Assembly (NCBI RefSeq): GCF_964355755.1
Contig: NC_092678.1
Coordinates: forward strand, 4,728,422-4,792,421
From: Antedon mediterranea
Lineage: Eukaryota > Animalia > Echinodermata
Reading direction: 5' to 3'
DNA: 64,000 bases
Below the pieces are notes generated by a model, which was not told the DNA's origin, ran no database searches, and saw only the letters and a program-made list of their open reading frames with translations. Shown here piece by piece: positions 1 through 12,429 of the stretch (position 1 is its first letter; every line of letters starts with the position of its first letter). The position numbers were made by a program, and so were the translations under genes.

Positions 1-2659
1 GTACATGATCAGGGAACTAATTTCATGTCTTCAATTATGCAATCTATATGTAGTATGTTGGGGATTAATCAATTAAAGACTACAGTGTACCACCCCCAAA
101 GCAATGGGCTTGTTGAAAGATTTCACGGTACATTGAAAAATATGATAAGGAAACTTACAGTTAAGCAAAGAAAAAATTGGGATAACTACATACCCCCCTT
201 TCTGTTTGCTTACAGAGAAGTTCCTAGTAAAGCGACGGGCCATTCACCTTTTAAATTGCTTTATGGTAGAGAGGTGAGGGGACCCTTGAGTTTACTCAAA
301 AGTAATTGGGTAGAAGATGAAGAAACATCTACTGATGTTAGCAAATACATGTTGGACATAAGAGAAAAAATGGAGGAATTAATGAAAGATGCTAATGTAA
401 ACAAACTTGAACAACAAGAAATTATGTCCCACAATTATAACAAGAATAACAAGAATGCTATTGATAGAGAATTTGTAGAAGGGGACAAAGTGTTGATATT
501 CCTTCCAGTAGGAAATAGTAAGTTAGACAGTAAATGGCAAGGCCCCTTCACTGTTACAAAAAAGGTCAATGATGTAAATTATGAAATATACATAGGAGGT
601 AGAAGAAAAGAAAAACAAATTCTACATGTTAATATGTTAAAGAGATGGTATGATAAAGTAGAAATAAGTAAAGATGGTTATTATGTAGTAACAAATGTCC
701 AGTTGATAGAAGAAGTAGACTTAAATGAAACAGTCCATGACAATAAGTTAGATAGTGAAATAGACATAGGATTGTCTTATCATCAATCACAAACATGGAG
801 AGATGTTAACGTTGGTAGTAATTTAAATGATACACAAACTAAACAATTAACAGAATTGTTAAAGTACCAACAGAATGTATTCTCGGATGTACCAGGTAGA
901 ACTCACTTAGTGACACATGAAATTAAGACTAATGGTGAAATGCCTATAAGGCATAGGGCATATAGAACGCCCCCAAGCATTAAAGGGTAAATTGAAAGAG
1001 GAATTAGATAGTATGTTGGCTATGGGTATAATAGAACCTACAGTTAGTGCCTATGCTGCACCTATTATTGCCCTGAAGAAAGGCCAGAATCAAATTAGAA
1101 TGGTGACAGATTTTAGATCACTAAATAAGACTACACAATTTGACCCTTATGTTATGCCTCGCATAGACGAAATGTTGGATGAGGCATCATCCGCAATATA
1201 CATAACTACGTTAGATCTAACTAAAGGATTTTACCAGGTGCCTCTGGATCCTAAGACCAAAGACAAATCAGCATTTATTACACAATTTGGACAGTATTGT
1301 TACAATGTACTTCCATTTGGTATGCAAAATAGCTCTAGTACTTTCCAAAGATTAATGGATATGGTATTACAAGGTACTGAGGGATATGCTAAGGCATATA
1401 TAGATGACATATGTATTTATAGTCAAACTTGGAAAGATCATATTTTTCATTTGAATGATGTATTAGAAAGATTAAGTAGTGCTGGATTGACAGCAAAGCC
1501 TTTGAAATGTAAAATTGCCTATGCACAGGTAGAATTTCTGGGGCATAAGATTGGTAATGGAGAAATTAGACCCATGATTGATAAGGTTGAGGCTTTGGAA
1601 AAGTTCCCCAGACCTTTGTCTAAGAAACAAGTCCGATCATTTCTCGGATTAACTGGCTATTAGTATTACAGAAAATTTGTACAGAACTATGCCGATATTG
1701 CTAAACCATTGATTGATTTAACTTTAAAGAGTAAAAGTAATACCGTTAAGTGGAATGAACAATGTGAAAATGCCTTTGTAACTTTAAAGAAACGACTTAC
1801 TGATGATAATGTATTAAAATCCCCAAATTTTGATAAGATGTTTATATTGCAAACCGATGCCTCAAATTATGGCATAGGTGCAGTGCTGAGCCAAATAGAT
1901 GGTGAGGGTAATGATTATCCCATTGTGTATTTAAGTAGAAAGTTATCTGTACTGTACATGAGCAGAGATATTCTGTGCCAGAAAAAGAGTGCCTCTCTAT
2001 TGTTTGGGCTATCAATAAACTTAAGTATTATCTGTATGGTTGTGAATTTCAAGTTCATACTGACCACCAGGCATTGAGATGGATGGACTCAATGAAGGGT
2101 GCCAATGTTAGACTTATGAGATGGGCTCTGTTTTTACAAGGATATAAATTTAAAGTTATTTACAAGAAAGGATCATTAAATGGAAATGCAGATGGATTAA
2201 GCCGTGCATAATAATATTATAGGTGTTAATTAGTTGATAGTTTAAAGAAAAATGGTTTTAAATGTAAAATTTTTGGAAAGATTGACACAATCTTTTTCCC
2301 AAAAAGGGGAATGTCATATTATTTATGTTCTGATTCCCTGTGTTTAGATAAAAAATCATATAACTTTGGAGGGAAAATGTTATCCTCCTCTGAAGCCTGA
2401 AATTTGCATGTCCAGTATAAAAGTAGAATGTAATAGATATTAGAGGAGAAGAGAGAATAAGATCAAAGTAGATAAACGGAAAGATGATAAAGAACATAAG
2501 GCTTGACTGGTAAAAAGATGTATTAATCCAGTTACAAGGAATAAAAGTTCTTGTTGAGTAAAATATACTTTTGTATGAGTTATCATTCTGTGACAGTGTA
2601 CGTCGAGTGGAGTTATATATGCCTGAGAAAGCTCGGAACCAACTAAAATATTCACTACA
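1..2659 (+). mobile_element. Gmr1-like Gypsy LTR retrotransposon (IN-RT-RNaseH order), 3' part, decayed
   Basis: Integrase core/C-terminus (YHPQSNGLVERF, WQGPF) at 25-990 precedes RT (LDLTKGFYQV, YIDDI; 992-1663) and RNase H (TDASNYGIGAVL, TDHQAL, NADGLSR; to 2211). Stops/frameshifts near 990, 1661 and 1950. Purine tract 2301-2311. Confidence 0.9.
2312..2659 (+). repeat. 3' LTR of the Gmr1-like element
   Basis: Starts TGTCA directly after PPT aaaaaggggaa and ends CTACA. GPCR codons (ctt gtg aac tta gct = LVNLA) resume at 2660. The 5' LTR is outside the window. Confidence 0.75.
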
Positions 2660-3380
2660 CTTGTGAACTTAGCTGTTGCTGACTTACTATGTTGTCTTGT
2701 TACTTTAGTTATGATGATATTATTTATTATGTAAATAATACGATAGTATTTGTGGGGATATTTATGATGAATTGTTCATTATTATTTGTTCTTGCTTTGA
2801 GTATGGAACGTTTTATAGCTATTTCTGTTCCAATAAAATACCAACAATTTGTTAAAAAAAAGAAATTGGGAATAGTGTGTATTTTTGTATGGACATTAAT
2901 AGTTTTATGGCTTAGTTATATTTTTTCAATACGTTTATCATTAGTTGAATTTATTGTTGTATTTTCATTTTGACAATCATTATTGGATTTGTTTATATTT
3001 TTATGTACATTTACTTAAAACATAAAACTAACCAACTCGCATCAGCTTCTGCTAGATCTGCTAGACGGGCCAGATTACGATCAGTTTTTATCACATTTAG
3101 TATTCTACTTTTTTCACTGTTTTTCTGTTTACTCCCAACCCAGTTATTGACAATATGTTTCCTTACATCATCTGATTGTAACTCATTTACAGAATCTTTG
3201 AATCAGATTTTGTTACCGCTTCTTATGATGAATTCTGCTTTAAATCCTATTGTATATTGGTGGCGTATTCCAGAGTTAAGAAATGGTTTTAAGCGCATGC
3301 CAGGCTGCTTTGCTTTCAATCCTGAACCTCAAATAAGACACATTCAAATACATCGCAATGAAGATCAACATAAAGTGTAA
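2660..3380 (+). pseudogene. Rhodopsin-family (class A) GPCR pseudogene, TM2-TM7
   Basis: LVNLAVADLL, SMERFIAI and NSALNPIVYWWR motifs in different frames; cut at TM2 by the LTR; paralogous to 6468-7459. Confidence 0.9.
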
Positions 3381-4204
3381 TTTACTCAAAATAAATCAAT
3401 TCACTAAAATGAAATGAATTATGAGTGCTGTAAACAACTTTCTGATCATTTTAATTCTAGATATCATTTATTTTTATACTACAAATAATATTAATAGTTC
3501 TATTGTATTCACTCTTTAATTTTGTGTTTTTGACTAATTCCAAAAAAAAAAAACAAAAAAAAAGATTTCGAAAAAAAGTGGGTCATTTTAAAATATCATA
3601 AGAGTTATTAACTTTCACCAAAAATTAGTCTTAAAAAAAAATCATTTAACTGAAGTACTGACGTTTTTTTGTAAAAAACTTCCAGTCAAAGTTTTCAATC
3701 AAAACATATCCCATAATTGAACGTGCTTGTTTGGCTACTCTATAATAATAAAACTAAACAATCCTAATTAGCATATGCATAATGCATACTCGAGGCTTGA
3801 AATCTTTGTTTACTTTCGCTCGCGATGATTTTCCAGACGAAATGTAATCAAACTAATTTACCTGTTAATTACGTAAACTTGTTGTTTTTGGCTCGAATTT
3901 TCGACTTAAAGTGAATAACTTTAATATTACTTTGATATGGCCAATTTAAATTTAGAATATTTTGACCTTCATTTTTTGTGTTTCAAGGGACAATACATCT
4001 TTGATATTTGTACACATTTGGATCAAGATGAAATTATTTGTCAGTATTGTTTAAAGGTAATAAACACTAGTAAAGTAATGATATTTCCAAAAAGATAATG
4101 CAATATACCATTGCTTTCTTCTTATATGTAGGTACCCAACAACAAAAGAACATTTTTGTAGACAGGAACAACATGATTTAATTGATTTTGTTCATGAAGC
4201 GTCA

Positions 4205-4535
4205 AGCAACTACACACAAAATAATAATTTCTGCACATGCTCAGAAACTTCTGCACATTTTCTATTAAATTATGGAAATTAATTATAGCAAATTTTTGGA
4301 TTAAAGTTTAAGGTAAGATATATTTAATCCAATTCGGAATTGGATTGAATATATCTTAATAATAATTTAATCATGGATTCCATGATTAAATTATTAAGCA
4401 ACTACACAAAAAAAAAATCATTCTGCACATGCTCAGAAACTTGTGCACATTTTCTATTATACTATGGAAATTAATAATCAAGACTACGGAAATTAATTAA
4501 TTTAAAGGTAAGATATAGTTAATCCAATTCCATGA
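4205..4535. repeat. Tandem duplication of ~190 bp containing short palindromes
   Basis: agcaactacac...ctgcacatgctcagaaactt...aaggtaagatat..ttaatccaattc occurs twice; hairpins at ~4315-4358 and ~4360-4396. Confidence 0.7.
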
Positions 4536-4659
4536 ATAAATGTTTCACTTGAAATAAATGAATAATAATAGAGCAGAATTTAATTTCTTTTTCAAATAAT
4601 TTAATTATCGCAGGTAAAATTACTCTTTGGATGTGAAAATACATCAGTACTTTGCTTTT

Positions 4660-4860
4660 GTGATTATTATATGTTTGCAGCTGCAATCAACAACAAAGAA
4701 AGAAATCAAATGTTTACATTATTTTAATTCTCCTTAAGTTAAGCTACAGTTGTAATTGTGGAGATATTTCTGATAAATTCTTTGTTTAACTGTTTGGTTT
4801 TTTTTTCTGTGAGTATGAAGTATTTCTTAAGTTGTTGTTTCAAATATTTCTATTATTTTA
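4660..4860 (+). pseudogene. Highly degraded GPCR fragment (TM1-TM3)
   Basis: gtttgcagctgcaatcaacaacaaagaaagaaatcaaatgtt resembles 6645-6683 (VCCNHQLRKKSNV); ctgtgagtat resembles the TM3 AVSI region. Confidence 0.5.
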
Positions 4861-5239
4861 CCACTTATACTAGGACGATAATGATCAACGATAACTAGGT
4901 AAACATACATTTGTCTTACAAAAGAAATTAGAAAGGCTATATGATAACCATTTATGCCGTCTTTGATAAAAATAATATTTATTAGAATCCAAAAGTACTG
5001 TTTCAATCTTATTAGATCTCATTAGTGTTGTTATACAATCTTCAGTTTTAATAACTTAAACTTTGATGAAGCCATGCTATATAATTGTAAATATTTGACA
5101 ATTGTAAGTTTTGTAGATAAACCAATTCTACAGTAGTATATCTACTATAGTAACAAATGAATTTCCTTTTTGAGGATCAATAAAAGTTATCTTATCTTAA
5201 TGAATAAACAAAATGTAAGTCTTTAACATTAATTATATA

Positions 5240-5325
5240 TTTTCTTACACCAGAAATGGAAGATGGAAATAAACAGATTGAATCTTAGAAACCATAACAT
5301 TCTAGAAAATGTGACTATCATGGAC
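5240..5325 (+). pseudogene. GPCR first-codon remnant (MEDGNK)
   Basis: tttcttacaccagaaATGGAAGATGGAAATAAA parallels ttttcttacagatATGGAAGATGGGAATAAA at 6455-6485. Confidence 0.55.
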
Positions 5326-5644
5326 TATTATACAAATAATGAATGTTTATGAGTGCAATGGTACAAATAATGGCACGAGGTGAATGATGAAAGGTTATAT
5401 CAACGAGGCAAAGCCGAGTTGATATAACCTTTCATCATTCACCAAGTGCCATTATTTGTACCATTACACGAATACAAAACATTCATTATTTGTTTTATAT
5501 AACATCTAGACGTTTTTTTTTCGTACACAAAAATGTTTCAAAAAGTACTATTTAACGATCGTTGAATAGTGCGTACTATTGCACGCCATGTGACCCACAT
5601 TCGTCCAATCAAATGACAGGAATTTATATAGGTGTTATATAAAA
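5325..5644. mobile_element. Palindromic (foldback) non-autonomous element
   Basis: Inverted arms ~5332-5404 / ~5418-5493 around gaggcaaagccgag; second inverted pair ttttatataacatcta (~5493) / taggtgttatataaaa (~5629-5644). Confidence 0.65.
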
Positions 5645-6467
5645 TGACCTATACTACTGATATCTCACTGGAAACAATCTTTGGTTTGCTACAGTCATAG
5701 ACAGTACCACCATTGGATACACATTAACCATAGTTAAATTATATCTCTGTGGTATATTAATACGCATTGGTAAAGTTTTTTATCAAGTCACTGAATTGAA
5801 ACTGAAAAAATGACATCATTATCATCAATATTTGGATCTAGTCAACTTATGATAGGTAAATTCTTATTTTATTCATTTTATTTTTGTTATTTTTCATACT
5901 TCCAGCAAGGACTGATCTCCAAAATTAAAATTGGCTTCATTTTTAAATTTTTTTTGTTATAACAAACTAAAGTGTAGGCCAAAGCGACACATAGAAATGA
6001 TTCAGTTGGCAAACACAAAAAGTCACAATTCCGTCATGGCCTAAACAGATTGGAGGATTGTCTCCAAAATGTAATGGAGTTTTTAGTGGCCATATCTATC
6101 TGTGGTTTAAAGCTCTGTCTACACTATTAAACTTTATGTGATGTGCCCATATATGGACACGATGATGCCAGAGCTAAACATTTTGGCAAATTTAAGCCTA
6201 ATACAGGTCAAATTAGCAATTGAAGTGACGGTACCTATCTCTTGTATGTTAACAACAGTGAAAACTCATTAAGTAGATTTTGCGATGCACCATAGACGTC
6301 ACAGCAATTGACGGCGACGGCTGTACAGCGAGCGCGTGCAGAGATATTCTTAATCTCGCGGTTGTTCTGAAATCATATGTAGTAGAATATACTTATACAG
6401 TAGTAACAAATGGATATACAATGTTAAAGTTTCTTAAATAATAAAATTTATACATTTTCTTACAGAT

Positions 6468-7134
6468 ATGGAAGATGGGAATAAAACAGATTTCAATTAC
6501 TTGGATTATTATTATTACTACTATTCATGGTATGATGCCAAGTATTCGGACTTATGGACCTTGAGAATTAGCGTAATCAGTACTTATCTTACAACTAGCA
6601 TTAGTGCTGCAGGAATATTGGAAAACCTGTTTGTTATTTTGGTTGTCTGTTGCAATCATCAACTAAGAAAGAAATCAAATGTTTTGCTTGTTAACTTGGC
6701 TGTTGCTGACTTACTAAGTTGTCTATTTACTTTATTTTTTGCAATATTACTTCATGTTCTGTCATTTGTAAATGGATCTAATGTACTTATGGCAATATTA
6801 CCGATGAATTATTCCTTATTATTTGTTCTTGCTGTGAGTATCGATCGTTTTCTAGCTATTGCTGTTCCGATAAAATACCAACACTTTGTTACAAAAAAGA
6901 GATTGGCAATAGTATGTACTTTTGTAAGGACAATAATACTTTTATGTTTTACTTTAATTCTTGAAGATAAAGTACCATTTTCTATTCTCTACATTGCTGT
7001 AGTGGGTGCAAGTTTGACTTTGACTACTATTATCGGATTTGTTTATATTTTTATGTACATTATTTTAAAACATAAAACTAACCAACTCGCATCAGTTACT
7101 GCTAGATCTGCTAGACAGGCCAGATTACAATCAG

Positions 7135-7175
<41 letters not shown>

Positions 7176-7459
7176 TTCTACTTTTTTCCTTGTTTTTCTG
7201 TTTAATACCAACCCAGTTATTGTCAATATGCTTTCTTACATCAAATCATTGTGACTCGTTTACAGAGACATTCTATCAGATAATGTTTCCTCTTCTGATG
7301 ATGAATTCTGCTTTAAATCCCATTGTATATTGGTGGCGTATTCCAGAGTTAAGAAATGTATTTAAGCATGTGATATGCTGCTTTAATTCCAATCCTGAAC
7401 CTCAAATAAGAACCATTCCAAGAGGTCAAAGACATAATGAAGATGAACAAAGAGTGTAA
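6468..7459 (+). pseudogene. Class A GPCR, single coding exon, frameshifted by a (TA)n tract in TM6
   Basis: Acceptor-like ttttcttacag before ATG; GILEN (TM1), LAVADLL, SIDRF, CLIP, NSALNPIVY. The frame changes at the TA run 7139-7172; TM4 Trp is read as Arg. Confidence 0.85.
7139..7172. repeat. (TA)n microsatellite inside GPCR coding sequence
   Basis: Direct reading; the paralogue has atcacattt at this position. Confidence 0.95.
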
Positions 7460-7744
7460 TATATTAGAACCAATTGAATCTGGTGAAATGTTGTTGCATA
7501 TATTTGAGACTATCTCCATGACACCCATTTTGAAAGTCAAATCTTGGTTGTTTGTTGTTGGTTTAGTTGTGAAAGTTGTGGATGACAATCTAGACTAAAG
7601 GCCTAATTTTGAATAATTTGGAGTTTGATTTAAAGGAGAAGCCTAAGGCATAATCAATCGTAGGTTGAATTAATACCAAATAAAGAATTTATTCAAGTGG
7701 ATGAAAAGTTAAAAGAATTTTAACCTGTAATTTGCATTCTGTAT

Positions 7745-7870
7745 TTGTTCAAATAGGAGTTCAGGAGAGTTTTTAGGGGGTGTTTATTGTTCAGGAGGGT
7801 TTTTAGGGGGTGTTTATTGTTCAGTAGGGTTTTTAGGGGGTGTTTATTCAAGGGAGCCGTTTATTCAGGG
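7745..7870. repeat. Short minisatellite (~30-bp unit gttcaggagggtttttagggggtgtttatt)
   Basis: About three near-identical units. Confidence 0.85.
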
Positions 7871-8224
7871 GAGGCATGCAGCTTAAAAGTTAGTTGTTTG
7901 CCATACAGTATAAAACCTAGTAGGCCTAAGTAATGTGTATAAAACTTTAGTGAAAAGGTTCATCTGGATCTCTATTTTGTATTTGGTAAAACTTTCTTTT
8001 ATGATCCAATCAAATACTGTAAATATGTTTTATTCTCAAGCTTAATCATGGACATTGGAAACGATTTCAGGAAATCTCGCTAATATTATTGTAGCGCCAT
8101 CTACTTTATAAAAGCAGTTATGTACTACGTTTACGGAAAATGCAATGTAGTCAAACAAAAGAATAAATATATGTCAATTTTACATAAGCTATTACTATAA
8201 AACTATGATAATAATTGTAAGCAG

Positions 8225-8365
8225 AATGCTTGATTAACCATATTTATATACAGTAATAATTCAGAAATGTATTTGATTAAATCACCATATTTATTTACAA
8301 TAATTAAGAAATGTATTTATTTAAATCACCATACTTATATACAGTTAATTAAGAAATGTATTTTA
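8225..8365. repeat. Minisatellite (~44-bp unit accatatttat..acagtaataatt.agaaatgtattt.attaaatc)
   Basis: Three units. Confidence 0.8.
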
Positions 8366-9134
8366 GAAGATATATTATAGTTCCTTTAAGAAATCAACAG
8401 TTATTAGTACTAACAAACTGTCTAATGATATCTATAAAAGTTTACACAATCACGTATAAACAAAAATAAGAGTTTGAGATTGTTTCTTTATGGATATGAA
8501 ATAATTTACCAACTTAGGCAAAGCAACGGAGGTGCTACTAAATGGGTTAATAGAAGAAGAATAATTAGAGATCCGAGAGACTTAGCAGTCAAAGTACCCA
8601 TAGAACAAGAGACAGAAGTTGATCAACGTGATTCCTCTGATGATTTATCTGAAGACGAGGATCAAATTTGGTTGCAATTCAGAAATTTATAAATGCATGG
8701 ACATAAAGCTGCGGAAACACAACCTAAATCATACAAATGACCTCAAAATGCTCACACATTGTGAATTGTTAAAGCGGAGATACTTATTTACACATTTCAC
8801 GGATTCAAACTCGACCGACTATACTGAGCATTGATCCAGGAATATGTGTAATTAACTGTGATCAATCGATACGGTTGGACGGCTGCCGAGACTAAACATT
8901 GTTTTAATTTGGCGGCCCAGCATGGTTTTTGCAGATCCAGCCATTGTGAGCAAGTTGCATAGTTGATATGTGATGCAACAACTTACAAAACATGGCTGAG
9001 ATTTCAAATTACTGTTATTTTTTGCCTTTTTTAGTTATCCTTAAAAATTCAACACCATTCAGCAGTTTTGTAGGAGAGTTGTAAAATTAAGCGACCAATT
9101 TAGTAGCATTAACAACATTTTTTTTGTAGCTTAC

Positions 9135-9432
9135 CAATATAAAATGTGGCCGGTTTTTCTTTGGTCAACATCTGGAATCGCTTGGTCACTTCATGGAATA
9201 AAGATCACAAATCCTTGTATTGATTGTTTAACCCTTTTCTAACTCATCTGCAAAAGCGTCCAAATCTAAATCTTGTAGCTTCCCAGGATTATCAAGAATC
9301 TCATTCAAAAGCATCGGCACAATTAGCACCCACAGCTGACTCATCATCCTCTAAAGCGTCTACTGGCATCTTAAGTTCCCAATCCTATTTCTCCGGGTGT
9401 ACTGTCGAGTACCTCCACATACACCCTCAGTA
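9135..9432 (-). pseudogene. SUPT6H: Spt6 (SUPT6H) exon fragments, HhH/DLD region
   Basis: Minus strand reads ...VEVLDSTP.EK.DW..KMPVDALEDDESAVGAN...[21 protein letters not shown] then LNNQYKD...FQMLTKEKPATFYIG with acceptor cag and donor gtaag. This matches the Spt6 motif [14 protein letters not shown]...LDLDAFAEELERQ...MLTKETPETFYIG. Confidence 0.85.
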
Positions 9433-10097
9433 CTGAAAACATTAATAAGAGATAAAATGTAATAGTTAATCATATCTCAACCGTATAGGTTGAAATATAA
9501 TTAACTATTACATTTAATTGTAATTCCAACCGAATGAATCTTTTTAATGAATTAATAATTTATTTTATTGGCACAAACAGTGACAAGCGACTAAACATCA
9601 CAGGTGATGACCACATCCCCTAATTTAACTGATAACCCTGCAAAGTGACCTCAAGTGGGACATGCAAATAAGTCGTTTCCAAGGCGTCACGTCGACTATA
9701 TATGCTATACATTCTGAAGCGTTTTGGAGTGCCAATGTATGACCTGGTTTTTACTTTTACAACATACTGTTGTGAATGGCATGTATGAATTCGTTAAAAT
9801 TCCATTCGGTCTGTCCAATAGTTCAGTAGGCATGTTTGTATCATATTCATATATAAAAGTATAAGTTTTAACGTCATACTGTATTTCTCACATTGTATTC
9901 AGTATTTAAAAGTAAGTAATTTACTTTAGCTATTTTCATATTTATCTTGTGCATTTATATATTCTATTTGTTACTGTTATGTGTATTTTAAGAGGGATGT
10001 GGATAGAGGTCACCTGTTCATCCCTTTCTTTTCGCTGTCTTTATGTTATGTTCAGTCATAAAGTTGAATAAAAAATTTTAAAAATAAAGACTTTCTC

Positions 10098-12250
10098 CCG
10101 TGCCATGGGTTTGGTGCTTCAGGGATTGACGTGGGATATTGTATTGGCATTTCTCGATGAGATTGTCGTACTAGGTAAAACGTTCAAAGATATCATCTCA
10201 GCAACGATTTCGTATTAAAAACTTTAAACTTCAGAAACAGGTTGAATTTTTATGTTGAATCATTTGTGAGGATACCGTGGCGGTGTCCGATTCGGATATC
10301 AAGGCGGTTCAAGAATGGCCGATACCTACCAATCTGAGAGAAATCCAGCAGTTCTTGGGGTTGGCTAACTACTATAGAGAGTTCATTGAGAACTTTGCTA
10401 GTTTAGCGTCACCCCTGTACGAACTCACCAAGAAAGATGTTTCACTGGGATGACGGACAACACCAAACATTTACGGGCCTGAAAGCTGCTCTCATCCAAC
10501 CTCCTCTACTCGCCTTGCCAAACGGGACGGACAAATTTACTCTGGACGTCGACGCTTCGGACCAAGTGCTGGGAGGCGAGTTGCTTCAGGTATAGGGAGG
10601 TAAAGAGAAGGTAATTGCATATGTATTGTAAGTGCCCGGCTAACTCTAGTCATGAACACAATTGCTAGCAACTCCTTGCATGTTATACAATAGTTAAGTT
10701 GGTCATGGCATTTTCGGCACTACCTTCTAGGCAGACCTTTTAGAGTGCGGACTGATCACAACAGCCTGACCTGGCTCCTTAGATTCAAGCAACCACAGGG
10801 ACAACTCGCCCTGTGGATTGAGGAGCGGAGTCAGTATCACCTAATGAACACCGCCGAAAACAACATCATGGCAATGCCAACCAGAAACTCATGACGGTAA
10901 CCTTGAACGTCCTGCTTCCTTGTGGGGGCTGTTCGTACTGTCAACGAGCACATGCAAGATGGTCAGCGTTCCAGGATGAAGTAGATGACGTTCGGCTAGC
11001 CTTGGACCACGTCCCGGAGGGCACCCTACCTTGGGACCCAGGTGGACAGGTAAGTATCACGGACAACTACTAATGAAACAATTCAGTTTTTTTTTTTTTC
11101 TATGGGAATGACGGTGGACGTGTGGTTTCGGTACAGTTATGCCCAAAGGGAGCCAAGTGTTGGGGTTACTCACTGGACAAGCTAAGGCAACATCAGACGA
11201 GTGATCCTTATTTGGCACCTGTTCTGGACTGGTTGCAGATTGGGGAACCCTCCGAGAACCAGCTGTTTATCTCCAGCGCTGCCACCAAACACTACTGGCT
11301 GAACAGGCAACGCCTGCATCTCATGGAAGTAGGCATCCTGTTCATTAACCAAGCAGAGGGTTGCCCAAGGAGCCACAAGCTATAGCTCTCAGGCTACATC
11401 ACGATCTGCCGTCGGTGGGTCATCAAGTGGTCGCCCGGACCAAGTTTCAACTCAAGGAGAATTCTTCTGATACGGTATGTACAGACTTCCAACATTTGTA
11501 ATAGAAGTAAGAAGACGACACTGGTTGATTGAATTCCAGGCCGGCGTTCCTATGGAATGTGTACATATCGATTTCCTTTGCTCGTTACCAAAAACTGAAT
11601 GGGGAAACATCCACATTCTGATGATGGTCGATCAATTCACAAAATGGGTTGAAATCAGCCCACTCCTGTCTCAAGTTGCAGAGGTACTGCTAGAGCCCTA
11701 GTTGGGGAACTTTTCTCTAGATTTGGTCTACCTTTTCAGTTACACTCAGACCAGGGGAGGAATTTTTGAAAGTAAATTGTTCGCATGTTTATGTAGAGTC
11801 TTACAGATCCACAAGACCCGGACGACGAGGTACCGGCCGCTGCCATAGATTGCTGGTGCGCTACGCGCCCCAGTGAATCGCTCGACTGGTTTCACTCCAA
11901 ACATGCTGATGCTGGACCGAGAGGTCAACTTTACCAGCTGATCTTATGTTTGGAGAATGCAGGTCCACTGATGACCAGGATGTAGTTGCAGATTTAGTGA
12001 AAGCGATCCGTGATGCCCATGGTGTCTCTAGGGAAACGCTAAAGCAAACTCAGAAGAGAATGAAACAGGACTATGATCTTCGAGTACTGGAACGTCCATA
12101 CCAATGTGGGGACAAAGTGCAAGAAGTTGTGTCCTCCCTGGAAGGGGCCTGGTATTGTTACTGAGGTTATTAGTTCTTGTTTGTTGCAGCTGAGGAATAA
12201 GCTGTTCTAAATCATGACAAGCTGAAGCCCTGTCGGGATCGACAGCTTCC
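10098..12250 (+). mobile_element. Degraded Gypsy pol (RT-RNaseH-integrase)
   Basis: LAFLDEIVV (RT), LGLANYYREFI, LDVDASD, RTDHNSL (RH), HIDFL, VDQFTKWVE, HSDQGRNF (IN) across frameshifts. Confidence 0.85.
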
Positions 12251-12429
12251 TATATATGATGATGCGGTCGTCGGGCCGAGGAGGAGCCGGCAGTGAACCA
12301 GACTTCAACCGCAAAGCAGCAGACAAAGAGGAAAGCAGCCACCACCGGCACAGAACACAGAGAGCGACCAGCCAAGAGTGATGCCCCGGCACCACATTGG
12401 TTATGCAGGAGACATCGGCTTCGGTTCAG

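Noticed and set aside
6108-6178. agctctg...cagagct short inverted ends
   Set aside because: Possibly a deleted MITE, but too short to support.
8474-8960. Acidic ORF and tggcggcccagc as integrase tail plus PBS
   Set aside because: Plausible LTR-element debris, but no paired LTR or diagnostic motif supports a call.
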